From the IMG/VR virus record IMGVR_UViG_3300037834_000041, positions 1,609 to 65,608 of that record: 64,000 nt of DNA; one strand, 5' to 3'. This DNA comes from a virus. Shown here piece by piece: positions 10,398 through 18,841 of this stretch (the first letter of the stretch is position 1; each line of letters begins with the position of its first letter). Under the pieces are notes generated by a model. That model saw only the letters and a list, made by a program, of their open reading frames with translations. It was not told where the DNA came from and did no database searches. A program made the position numbers and the translations under genes.

Positions 10398-10582
10398 GCA
10401 CTGCCCCTCTAAATGCAGCACGGCTACAATGTGAGCGAAGCGCGGCTCCAGCCGAGAACGCGGTGATTGCCGGCGATTCAGCACAAAACCAGCGTGAGGA
10501 CGATACGAAGCAAGCCTTGAGAAGGAAGCTTCGAATCCCTCCCTCTCCGTTCCTGCAAGATGGAAAGAGGCATTGCTCGAAA

Positions 10583-10608
10583 GCCCCTGGTGACCCAGGG
10601 GCCTTTTT
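10583..10608 (+). terminator. Rho-independent terminator
   Basis: GCCCCTGG-TGAC-CCAGGGGC stem-loop followed by CTTTTT. Confidence 0.7.
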
Positions 10609-10778
10609 CATACGTAGGGTGCCCTTCCAAGCCGGTCGTCCCTCTTTTGTCCAGGCTCGCCCAGGACCGCTCCCGGAACTCGGTTCGCGCGGCGGGGCGT
10701 GTGCCTTCTATCGTCCCGGAAATTCTTGCAGCCCCACTCGATGTCGAGTAACCTCGGGCGACCCCGAGGGTTACCGCC

Positions 10779-13700
10779 ATGTCCGATTCCACGGGTACCC
10801 AGGCCGCCACCCCGCAGCAAGCGCAACGGTCCGCCGCCCTTTCCTCTCTCGCCGGCGGGGTGGACGCCGCCGACCGGTATCAGCTGCGCGACGAGATCGC
10901 CCGCGGCGGCATGGGCGTCGTCGTCCGCGGGTGGGACAACGTCCTCAAGCGCGAGGTCGCCGTCAAGCTCCTCCACCCGCAGTTGGTCGGATCGGCGGCC
11001 GAGCGGCAGTTCCTGGAGGAGGCGAACGTCACCGGCCAACTCCAGCACCCCGGCATCCCGCCGGTGTACGACCTCGGCACGTTCGCCGACGGCCGCTCGT
11101 TCCTCGCGATGAAGCTCGTCCGCGGCCGGACGCTCGCCGCGCTGTTGAAGGACAGCCCAGGCGACCGCGGCCGGTGGGTCGGGGTGTTCGAGGGGGTCTG
11201 CCAGGCGGTCGGGTACGCCCACCGCGAGGGGGTCGTCCACCGCGACCTGAAGCCGTCGAACGTCATGGTCGGGGAGTTCGGCGAAGTCCAGGTCATGGAC
11301 TGGGGCCTCGCGAAGGTACTGGCCCGCGGCCGGGGCCAACCGGCCGCGGCGACCCCGCCCACGGCCGCGGTCGGTTCCGAGACGGCGTCGGACGGGTCGG
11401 CCACGACCGGGGAGTGGACGCCGGCCGGGGCGGAAGGGACCACGTTCGATTCCACGCGGGACGGGACCGTCCTCGGGTCGCCGGCGTACATGCCGCCGGA
11501 GCAGGCCCGCGGCGAGGTGGCGGGCGTGGGCGAGCGGAGCGACGTGTTCGGCCTCGGCGGCGTCCTGTGCGCGATCCTCACGGGGAAGCCGCCGTTCGCC
11601 GCGCAAACGCCGCAGGCGGCGCTCGAGCGGGCCGCCAGAGCAGACTTGGCCGACGCGGTCGGCCGGCTCGATCAATGTGGGGCCGACCCCGAGTTGGTCG
11701 CGCTGTGCAAGCGGTGCCTGGCGGCGGACCCCGCCGACCGGCCGGCGGACGGCGGGGAGGTGGCGGCGGCCGTGGCGGCGTTCCGACTGGCGACCGAGGA
11801 GCGGGCGCAGCGGGCCGAGCGGGACCGGCACGCGGCCGAAATCCGGGCGGCCGAGCAGGCCCGCCGGCGGCGGGCCGTCCAGCGGTGGGCCGGGGCGGTG
11901 GCCGCCGTCCTTGCCCTCGGCGTGGTCGGGACGGCGTTCGGCCTCGTGCGGGCCGACCGCGCCCGTCGGGCCGCCGTGACGGCGCGGGACAAGGCGGCCG
12001 CTGCCCGCGACCAGGCGCTCGACGCCCTCGACGCCGTCACGTCTGATACCGCACGGGACGCCCTAATCCGTCAGGCGGCAGTCACCCCGGAGCAGCAGAA
12101 GTTTCTGACGACCGTGCTCGACCGGTATCGGGCGCTCGCGGAGGAACAGGCCGACGACGAGGCCGCCCGGTGGCGGGTGGCAAAAGCCCGATTCCAAGTT
12201 GGGACGATCGAGTATCGACTCGGCCGACCGGCCCTCGCGGAGGAAGCATTCCGCATCAGCCGGGAAGAGCTTCGGCGGTTAGCGGAGGAGAACCCGGATC
12301 GTCTGGAGTACCGTAGTCTACTCGGTCGGTCGGCGGGCAACTTGGCCATCGTCCTGCTCGACGCCCGTCGATCGGCGGAGGCGGAGGTCGTACTCCAGGA
12401 GGGATTGCCCGTCTGGGACCGGATGGTGGCGGAAGCCCCGGACGACCCGAAACCGACTTGGGGGCGGGCCAAGACCCGGACGCTGCTCGCCCGCGCGTTG
12501 GGCGACCTCAACCGACGGGACGCCGCGGTGGCCGCCTTCCGCTCGGCCGACTCGGAGCTGAGCGGAGCGTCTGCGTCAAACAAGGCCGACTACCGTATCG
12601 AGCGGGGGGTAAACCTGTCCAACTTCGCGAACGTGCTCGTCCGGTTCGGCCGGGCGGCCGAGGCCGAGGCCGAGGCCGGGAAGGCGGTCGCCGTGCTTCA
12701 GGCGCTCGTCGCCGAACAGCCCGAGGCTGCCATCCCCCGGTCGATGCTGGCGGAAGCCGTATTCGCCTGCGGTGCGGTCCGGCTGGCCCTCGGGCGGTCG
12801 GCGGACGCGGTAGCCGACTTTCAGATGGTAGCGGCCGCCCGCGAGCGGCTCGCCGCTGACTTCCCCGCGGACCCCCTCCACCGGCAGCAGCTGGCCGCGG
12901 CACAAAATGAGACCGGGCGGGCGCACGCGCTCGGCGGGCGGTTGCCGGCCGCCGAGGCCCCGTTTCGGGCCGCCGTCGCCACCGCCGAGCGACTAGCCGC
13001 CGACCACCCAACCAGAGACGAGTACCGACAGGATGTGGCCAAGTACCACAGTAACCTCGGCCAACTGTTGGTTCAACTGAACCGACCGGCCGAGGCCGAA
13101 CCACTCCTCCAGGCGGTAGCCGCGGTCCGTCAGGCGGCGCTGTCGGCGAACCCGGCGTCCGTGCCGGCGCTCATTTCGTTCGCCGAGATTCAGAGCATCC
13201 TCGGCCAGTGCCATCGGGGGCTGCGGCGGTACGATCGGGCGGAGGCAGCGTACCGGGCGGCCCTGGACGCGGCCGAAAAGGTGGCGGCCGCCCGGCCCGC
13301 CGATCCGGGGTCGGTCGTGCGGGTGGCGGGGCTGCTCAGCAACCTCGGGGTGCTGCTCTCCGCCACCGGCCGCCACGCCGAGGCCGTCGCGCTCTTTACC
13401 CGGTCGGCCGACGCCCTCGCCCCGGCGTTCGCGACCGCCCCCAACGATCTGACTGTCCGGATCTACCTGCGGAACGCGAACGGGAATCGGGCGGAGGCGC
13501 TCGGCAAACTCGGCCGGCACGCCGACGCCCTGCCCGCGTGGGACCGGGCGCTGGAACTGGCGTCCCCGGCCGAGGTGCCGAGGATTCGCACCTTCCGGGC
13601 CTACGCCCGCGTACGGGCCGGCCGGTCGGCCGACGCCGTCGCCGAGACGAACGATCTCGCCGCCGACCCGCGCTGCCCGGCCGACCGGCTGTACGCCTTG

Positions 13701-13931
13701 GGGTGTGTTGTCGCCCTGGCGGCGGCCGCCGACCCGGCCCGCCGGGACGAGTACGCCGGCCGCGCGGTCGAGTTGCTCCGACGGGCGAAGGTGGGCGGGT
13801 TCTCGGACCTGGCGCGCATGGCGGCCGACGACGACCTGGCCGTGCTCCGCGACCGGCCCGACTTCCGGTCGTTGACCGCGAGGCGAGAACCCGCCCCGCC
13901 GCCGCGCGAACCCGTGCCCGACGGGAAGTAA
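10779..13931 (+). CDS. Serine/threonine protein kinase with a TM segment and TPR repeats (1050 aa)
   Basis: IARGGMGVV, VAVK, HRDLKPSN, DWG, GSPAYMPPEQ, SDVFGLG; TM segment near aa 370-390; C-terminal TPR-like repeats. Confidence 0.93.
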   Translation: MSDSTGTQAATPQQAQRSAALSSLAGGVDAADRYQLRDEIARGGMGVVVRGWDNVLKREVAVKLLHPQLVGSAAERQFLEEANVTGQLQHPGIPPVYDLGTFADGRSFLAMKLVRGRTLAALLKDSPGDRGRWVGVFEGVCQAVGYAHREGVVHRDLKPSNVMVGEFGEVQVMDWGLAKVLARGRGQPAAATPPTAAVGSETASDGSATTGEWTPAGAEGTTFDSTRDGTVLGSPAYMPPEQARGEVAGVGERSDVFGLGGVLCAILTGKPPFAAQTPQAALERAARADLADAVGRLDQCGADPELVALCKRCLAADPADRPADGGEVAAAVAAFRLATEERAQRAERDRHAAEIRAAEQARRRRAVQRWAGAVAAVLALGVVGTAFGLVRADRARRAAVTARDKAAAARDQALDALDAVTSDTARDALIRQAAVTPEQQKFLTTVLDRYRALAEEQADDEAARWRVAKARFQVGTIEYRLGRPALAEEAFRISREELRRLAEENPDRLEYRSLLGRSAGNLAIVLLDARRSAEAEVVLQEGLPVWDRMVAEAPDDPKPTWGRAKTRTLLARALGDLNRRDAAVAAFRSADSELSGASASNKADYRIERGVNLSNFANVLVRFGRAAEAEAEAGKAVAVLQALVAEQPEAAIPRSMLAEAVFACGAVRLALGRSADAVADFQMVAAARERLAADFPADPLHRQQLAAAQNETGRAHALGGRLPAAEAPFRAAVATAERLAADHPTRDEYRQDVAKYHSNLGQLLVQLNRPAEAEPLLQAVAAVRQAALSANPASVPALISFAEIQSILGQCHRGLRRYDRAEAAYRAALDAAEKVAAARPADPGSVVRVAGLLSNLGVLLSATGRHAEAVALFTRSADALAPAFATAPNDLTVRIYLRNANGNRAEALGKLGRHADALPAWDRALELASPAEVPRIRTFRAYARVRAGRSADAVAETNDLAADPRCPADRLYALGCVVALAAAADPARRDEYAGRAVELLRRAKVGGFSDLARMAADDDLAVLRDRPDFRSLTARREPAPPPREPVPDGK

Positions 13932-14312
13932 CAATTTCCTCCGGCGCGCGCCGGTTTCCGGGACCACGGGTTCCGCGCGCAGGCCCGGCAGTGGAACCGT
14001 GCCGCGACTTCGCCGCCGGTCCACCCCGCGCTCGTCGCCGGTGAAGCAGATCATCGACCGCGTCTTCGTTGTCGGCGGGGACGGTCGGTGTTCAAATGGT
14101 GGCCCGTCACAGGCCCAGGGGTTATCCGTACCACATCCCCATCACGACCGGCTTCGCGGGTGGTTCCGCCGCACGGACGCCCCGGCCCCGGACGACGCCG
14201 CCCCGATGACTTTCGCGAACGTGAGCCGCGGCTCGCAGGAATGACTTCGGGCCACAAAAGATGCAAGCCGCAACAAGTTGCGGCTCGGTGTAGCGACGGG
14301 ACTATTTGTTCA

Positions 14313-14358
14313 GTACACCCGGAGGGATTCGAACCCCCAACCCTCGGTTCCGAAGACC
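14313..14358 (-). repeat. Prophage attachment site: displaced 3' half of tRNA-Arg(UCG)
   Basis: Minus strand reads GGT-CT-TCG-GA-ACCGAG-GGTT-GGGGG-TTCGAAT-CCCTC-CGGGTGT-A: anticodon loop, T-arm and 3' acceptor strand, with no 5' half. It lies 52 bp from the integrase stop. Confidence 0.85.
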
Positions 14359-14410
14359 ATGTTAACTGATTTTTTGTGCGTTAGCATGAATAAAAAGCAG
14401 CGTGCCATCT

Positions 14411-15796
14411 TCATGACTTTTGGCACGTATTCATCGCGTTCAACGGTCGCGGTACACCCTCCGGAACACCCTGACCGGTCAAGGTCTTGATGATCTCGAC
14501 GCAGAGGCGGAGGTTGTTTTCCAGTTCCTCTCGGCTTAGTGTTCGCAGTTCGTCCCCAGCCCCGCCGTCGCCAATGAGCGGGAGCTTGCCCACCGATTCG
14601 GCCAGTTGTCCTTCCCCCACATGGGTGTAGACCGCGAGCGTCAGGGTCGGGTCCGAGTGGCGGGCCAACAACTGAAGCTCCTTCACGCCGATCTTCGCGG
14701 CCGCGAGGCACGAGACGAACGTGTGCCGCAGGGCGTGGAAGTCGAGGCACTTGACGCCCTCGGCCGTCTGCACCTTGTACGCGACGCCGGCGGCCCGGAG
14801 GTCGGCCCGCAGCATCTTCACCGGCTGAAACCGCCACGTCCCCGGCCAAAGCGGACCGTCCTCCTTCCCGGCGAGGTACTCCCGGAACTGTTGGGCGACG
14901 TTGGGCGGTATCGGCTGCCGGACCAACTTTCGGTTCTTCTTCCGCGGGTCGCCGGGCAGGACGACCACCGGGGGCCGGTCGTCGATCGCTAGGTGGCACT
15001 TCGAGAGCCGCGCCAGTTCCGACGCCCGGAACCCGGTTGAGAAGCCGAGCAGGTAGACGTGGTATCGGTCCGCCCCGCTCAGGCCCCGCCACTCCTCCTT
15101 CGAGTTGCGGGCCGCCAGCAACAGGGCCGCCAGCTCCGCCGGCGTCCCGACCCGCCGGAGGTGGACGCGGTTGGCCTTCGGGTCGAAGCCCACCACGTCA
15201 TCGAACAGGTCGGCGCGGACCGGGAGCCGCTTCCGGACTGAGAGCCACCACACGAACCGCTTCGCGGCCTTCCGGTAGAAGTCGGCGCTCTGGTGGCTGA
15301 ACCCGCCGTCCTTCCGGGGCAGCGAGACCCGTTCCAGGAGCCACCGGGCCAGGGCCTTCGGCGCGGCCGCGTTGAGGTTCGAGCAGGTGACGAACTTGCA
15401 TGCGTCCAGCATCGTGCGGACGCGCTGCAGGTTCAGGTCAACTTGTTCGGGCGACGGGAGCCGGGACTTGCCCCGCACCTTGCTGCCCAGACCGACGGCC
15501 ATGTCCTCGCCGAACTCCGGCAGCAGCGCGGCGAGTTGCTTCGCCCCGCCGTTCCGCTCGGGAAGGTCGTGGATGCCCCGTTCCGCGTCGGACACCATCT
15601 TCGCCAACATCGCCTCGGCCACCCGCCGGTCGGCCGACAGCGGGAACCCCTTCTTCGGCGGGAAGCCGGGGACGCCGCGGCCGTACCATTTCCGGGTCTT
15701 GACGTTGAACTTCCGCGCCCCCGGCGCGGCCTTGTCGCACCGGCGGCCGGCCGCGTCCCGGTAAATCGTCTTCGTGATCTTGATGAGCGACGGCAT
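14411..15796 (-). CDS. int: Tyrosine recombinase (prophage integrase)
   Basis: Catalytic motifs STGFRASEL, KKNRK, DFHALRHTF, ARHSD, AVYTH; adjacent to the tRNA fragment. Confidence 0.93.
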   Translation of the reverse strand: MPSLIKITKTIYRDAAGRRCDKAAPGARKFNVKTRKWYGRGVPGFPPKKGFPLSADRRVAEAMLAKMVSDAERGIHDLPERNGGAKQLAALLPEFGEDMAVGLGSKVRGKSRLPSPEQVDLNLQRVRTMLDACKFVTCSNLNAAAPKALARWLLERVSLPRKDGGFSHQSADFYRKAAKRFVWWLSVRKRLPVRADLFDDVVGFDPKANRVHLRRVGTPAELAALLLAARNSKEEWRGLSGADRYHVYLLGFSTGFRASELARLSKCHLAIDDRPPVVVLPGDPRKKNRKLVRQPIPPNVAQQFREYLAGKEDGPLWPGTWRFQPVKMLRADLRAAGVAYKVQTAEGVKCLDFHALRHTFVSCLAAAKIGVKELQLLARHSDPTLTLAVYTHVGEGQLAESVGKLPLIGDGGAGDELRTLSREELENNLRLCVEIIKTLTGQGVPEGVPRPLNAMNTCQKS

Positions 15797-15941
15797 TTCT
15801 CACCTGCGCGCCTTGACGGAACTTCCCCACCCCGGCCATAACGAATCGGCAAAAATTACAACCGGACACTTTGACAGCTTACTGTACGGCTGTATATCTT
15901 TCAAACGGTGCTGCCAATCCGTGTCCTTCTTGGAGCCTGAC

Positions 15942-16340
15942 ATGCCTCTTCAACCCCACGCGAAGATCCGGGACGGCCGGGTCGAGATCGTCGGCCAGTT
16001 GCCGATCCTGCAGGACGTGCAATCCCCGATGCCGCCGCCAACGCCGACGAGCGCCAGGGACAAGGCCACCCACTCCCCCGACTTCACGTCCGTGAACTGG
16101 TTCGGAACCCAGTACGCCTTCAGCCCGACGCAGCGGGCGATCGTGGCGGTGCTGTGGCGGGCCTGGGTCGATGGGTACGAGTGGGTCCACCAAGACACCC
16201 TCCTGGAGAACGCGGACTCGATGTGCGGCCGGCTTCAATCGGTGTTCAAGGGGCACCCGGCCTGGCGGACGATGATCGTTTCGAGCGACGCCTTTCCGGG
16301 GCAGCCGCTGGGGGCCTACAAGTTGAACGCCCCGACGTGA
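15942..16340 (+). CDS. Putative winged-HTH DNA-binding protein (132 aa)
   Basis: GGAG RBS before MPLQPHAK; FSPTQRAIVAVLWRAW...VHQDTLLENAD pattern; followed by a terminator. Confidence 0.55.
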   Translation: MPLQPHAKIRDGRVEIVGQLPILQDVQSPMPPPTPTSARDKATHSPDFTSVNWFGTQYAFSPTQRAIVAVLWRAWVDGYEWVHQDTLLENADSMCGRLQSVFKGHPAWRTMIVSSDAFPGQPLGAYKLNAPT

Positions 16341-16371
16341 GGCCGGACGCCGAGCTATCGCCTACGAGCGG

Positions 16372-16394
16372 CCCCGGAGGAACCGGGGTTTTTT
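16372..16394 (+). terminator. Rho-independent terminator
   Basis: CCCCGG-AGGAA-CCGGGG followed by TTTTTT. Confidence 0.75.
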
Positions 16395-16573
16395 CATTCC
16401 TTCTCGACGGCGGGCGGCTTGGGGTCGCCCTTCAGATACTTGCTCAACTTGTCCCTGGCCGCGCCGTAGAATACGACGGCCAGCACGATCAGGAAGACGG
16501 CGAGGCAACCGCCGATCGTCCCGTTGAACCCCTTCTCGAGACTCGATTCTTCCTTCGGGTCTTTCGCTTCCAT
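16394..16573 (-). CDS. Small single-TM membrane protein (59 aa), possibly superinfection-exclusion-type
   Basis: MEAKDP...TIGGCLAVFLIVLAVVFYGAA; co-oriented with the repressor candidate. Confidence 0.5.
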   Translation of the reverse strand: MEAKDPKEESSLEKGFNGTIGGCLAVFLIVLAVVFYGAARDKLSKYLKGDPKPPAVEKE

Positions 16574-16649
16574 CACAGTCACCCTCAGCAGCACCGTCGG
16601 GGGCGGAACACCGGACCGCTTATCATTCGAGCGTGCCGAGTGCGGCGCG

Positions 16650-16841
16650 TCACTTGTCCTTCTTGGCGTTCTCGCGGGCGCGGATCGCCTCCCTGATGAG
16701 CAAGTTCGCGTGGTACGAGAGGCTATTTTTCTTGCCGATGTCGGGCAGGGCCGCAAGCAGGTCGTACACGTCGCGATCCAACGTGACGCGAACCTGGGCG
16801 GCGGATGGCTTCGGTTCGGCGGGCGGCTTCTTCTTTCCCAT
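16650..16841 (-). CDS. Ribbon-helix-helix (Arc/CopG-like) regulator, candidate phage repressor (63 aa)
   Basis: QVRVTLDRDVYDLLAAL...SLSYHANLLIREAI pattern; divergent from the early operon. Confidence 0.65.
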   Translation of the reverse strand: MGKKKPPAEPKPSAAQVRVTLDRDVYDLLAALPDIGKKNSLSYHANLLIREAIRARENAKKDK

Positions 16842-16906
16842 GGCCAGAATTGAACGGACGGCGCGGGAAGGTGCAAGCCGAATCAGTGAAGATTTCGGGC
16901 TGGAAT

Positions 16907-16971
16907 CGGCTGTGACGGCCGAGGATGGGCTGAGTTAGCCCGTTTCAGGCTAAAGTAGCCCGCGTCAGGCT
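16907..16971. promoter_or_regulatory. Operator array in the divergent switch region: GGCT-N5-AGCC at 20-bp period
   Basis: GGCT at 16908, 16928, 16948 and 16968; (A/G)GCC at 16917, 16937 and 16957; perfect GGGCT-GAGTT-AGCCC at 16927-16941. Confidence 0.65.
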
Positions 16972-17029
16972 GCCGATGGGTAATAGTGTCAGGGCAATCG
17001 CAACGAGCGACGAGAACCGAGGTGATGGG

Positions 17030-17293
17030 ATGCGGGCCGCGAAGAAGATCACCGTGAAGCAGATGCGGGCGATGATCCGGGAGTACACCGACGGGAAAAC
17101 CCGGTCCCTTCCGACGATCCGCCGGTGGCTTCAGAGCGGCGTCCACCTCGACGCGACGAACGAGCTTGTCACCTTGCCCTCGACGACCTGCCCCACAACC
17201 GGCACGCGGGAGATCCTGTACGCGGACGCCGTGGCCTTCTGCGAGAAGGTGTTCGGCAAGAAAGGCAAGGTGGCGAGTGGGCAAGGCGGTTGA
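17030..17293 (+). CDS. Cro-like/HTH early regulator (87 aa)
   Basis: GAGGTG RBS; TVKQMRAMIREYTDGKTRSLPTIRRWLQSG; first gene of the early operon. Confidence 0.55.
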   Translation: MRAAKKITVKQMRAMIREYTDGKTRSLPTIRRWLQSGVHLDATNELVTLPSTTCPTTGTREILYADAVAFCEKVFGKKGKVASGQGG

Positions 17294-17573
17294 ACTGCTC
17301 CGGGAGATTCGAGACGCCCTCGCCGCGCCGAAGAAGTTGCTGCTGACGGCTCGGGAGGCTTCCCAACTCCTGGGTATCTGCGTCGCGTCATTGCACGCCG
17401 GGGAGAATTCGGGCCGGATGCCGGCCGCCGTCGAGACCGTCGGAGGCCCCCGGTGGCGGAGAGAGGAATTAGAGCAATGGGTTCGATCGCTGAAGCCTCG
17501 AAGGAAGAAACGCCCGCGGAACCCCTGGGGCGCGAAAGGCCAACCAAAGACGGTCGAATCCGCGACAGCCTGA
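17277..17573 (+). CDS. AlpA/excisionase-like HTH protein (98 aa)
   Basis: LLLTAREASQLLGICVASL...GRMPAAVETVGGPRWRREELEQWV. Confidence 0.75.
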   Translation: MGKAVELLREIRDALAAPKKLLLTAREASQLLGICVASLHAGENSGRMPAAVETVGGPRWRREELEQWVRSLKPRRKKRPRNPWGAKGQPKTVESATA

Positions 17574-17605
17574 TCCGGGAACTGGCCCGGCTACCCGATC
17601 CCCCG

Positions 17606-17791
17606 ATGGCCGACGAATTGCGGCGGGCTTACCTCCGGGAACTGGTCGCGCATCACGGGCGGCAGCCGAACAAGCTGGCCCCGATACTCGGGGTGTCGTT
17701 GAAGACGGTTTACAACTGGCTCCACGAACTGGAGGCGAAAGGTGAGTATCCCGTCGTCGAGCCGACCGCTGCTGTTGGGTGGGGAATGTAA
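17606..17791 (+). CDS. Fis-type HTH protein (start may lie slightly upstream)
   Basis: YLRELVAHHGRQPNKLAPILGVSLKTVYNWL. Confidence 0.65.
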   Translation: MADELRRAYLRELVAHHGRQPNKLAPILGVSLKTVYNWLHELEAKGEYPVVEPTAAVGWGM

Positions 17792-18041
17792 GCCGGCGAA
17801 GTCGCCGCCACCGCCCGATCCGCTGGACGAGATCATCGGCCAGTGCGAGCGGTTCAAGTGGCTGGCGAACACGCTGGCCTAGATGGAGAACCGACACCGG
17901 GCGGCGGCGCTCCTGCGGTTCATGGTGGACGAGCTGGAAGACTACGCCCGGAAGCTGTTCGACTTCCCGGACGCGACCGCCGACGACGTGCGGCTGTGCG
18001 TCCAGTACGGGTGCGATCCCTCGGAACTACCGAGGTGGTGA
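17775..18041 (+). pseudogene. Small ORF interrupted by an in-frame TAG at 17880-17882, or two coupled mini-ORFs
   Basis: ...DPLDEIIGQCERFKWLANTLA*MENRHRAAALLRFMVDELEDYARKLFDF... with coding-like codon usage on both sides of the stop. Confidence 0.45.
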
Positions 18042-18060
18042 CAGCAAACACAAGCCAGTC

Positions 18061-18185
18061 ACGGCTTGGCCTGGTGCGGCCGGACCTGGCTCGGCGGGGT
18101 GTGGCAGGGCGCGGCGGGGTATGGCAGGGCGTGGCTGGGTGTGGCTCGGCGCGGCTTGGCCTGGCCGGTCGAGGCGCGGCAAGGC
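18061..18185 (+). ncRNA. NN-GGY pentamer array 1 (25 units), candidate non-contiguous guide RNA (vrRNA-like)
   Basis: Strict 5-nt period; 23 of 25 units end in GGC or GGT (exceptions GAC at 18083 and GTC at 18168); NN is variable; intergenic and abuts the RBS of the RAMP-like gene. Confidence 0.8.
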
Positions 18186-18205
18186 TTTTCCACAAAGGAG
18201 TATGT

Positions 18206-18838
18206 ATGAGCAGCAAGACGACGGCGAGAAGCGGCGCGGCCAAGTCGCGGGCCGAAAAAGGCACGCGGGGCATCGTGACTCGGTCCGTGTCGATCGATGG
18301 CATCACCGACGTGATGTTCGACCGGTACCCCGGCGACAACCAAACGGTACTGGAAGCATGGCAAAAGCTCTATTTCGACCCGGCGAACGATCGACACCTC
18401 GTGTTGCCTTCGCAGAATCTCATGTCGTTTCTATCGGCCCAGAACACGGATTCCGCGCCGAAGCGACTCCTGGACGCGAGGACGTACAAGAAGACAGCCC
18501 TGGCGTGCCTGTCGTTCGTGACCATCGGGCCGGCGTACATCCCGTTCCTCCGGGACGGTAAGCCCGTGGCGTTCGGCCGGTTCGAGGGCGACCGCGACCC
18601 GGAATCCGGCGTCTATATCCATCGCAGCGTAGCGCGGCTGGAGAAGGGGATCCCGAACCCGAAGGTCCGGCCGGTGCTGCCGCTGCCGTGGTCGCTGGCG
18701 TTCACCATCACGATCTACCCGAACCCGCACCTGCAAGAACAGCAGCTCATCAACATCTTCGAGGGCGGCGGGATCGCCCTCGGCATCGGGACCTTCCGCG
18801 GGCAGTTCGGCAAGTTCCGAGTTGCATCGTGGGAATGA
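18206..18838 (+). CDS. Stand-alone RAMP/Cas7-like protein (210 aa), candidate Vipr-type RNA-guided effector
   Basis: AAGGAG RBS; beta1 VSIDGITDVMFD, LVLPSQNLMSFL, extended hairpin HRSVARLEKGIPNPKVRP, WSLAFTITI, and C-terminal Gly-rich loop GGGIALGIGTFRGQFGKFRV; flanked by two GGY arrays. Confidence 0.75.
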   Translation: MSSKTTARSGAAKSRAEKGTRGIVTRSVSIDGITDVMFDRYPGDNQTVLEAWQKLYFDPANDRHLVLPSQNLMSFLSAQNTDSAPKRLLDARTYKKTALACLSFVTIGPAYIPFLRDGKPVAFGRFEGDRDPESGVYIHRSVARLEKGIPNPKVRPVLPLPWSLAFTITIYPNPHLQEQQLINIFEGGGIALGIGTFRGQFGKFRVASWE

Positions 18839-18841
18839 TGC

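Larger units (their letters stand above)
1..10400. mobile_element. Right-hand part of an integrative/mobilisable element (IME/ICE-like); its integrase is not in the window
   Basis: Co-oriented cluster of two Replic_Relax-like genes, a membrane protein, a VirD4/TraD-like ATPase and an HTH excisionase-like gene. A TGGGGACA direct-repeat pair lies at 10379-10397. Boundaries are approximate. Confidence 0.55.

Noticed and set aside
10330-10460. A second tRNA-derived att site at the end of the left element
   Set aside because: No T-arm or acceptor similarity to the 14313-14358 fragment; only the TGGGGACA pair is present.
10463-14054. ORFs overlapping the kinase (10463..12046, 10608..11831, 12993..14054)
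   Set aside because: Shadow frames of a high-GC gene with no motifs.
17660-17730. Fis-like HTH (LGVSLKTVYNWL) as an in-window target of array 2
   Set aside because: Only 5 of 12 dinucleotides match the reverse-complement gapped pattern. I found no convincing in-window target by eye, but could not scan exhaustively.
17779-18205. ORFs read through array 1 (17779..18561 and the N-terminal extension of 17843..18838)
   Set aside because: They give low-complexity Arg/Gly/Ala/Trp peptides produced by the 5-nt period; a strong AAGGAG RBS supports the start at 18206.
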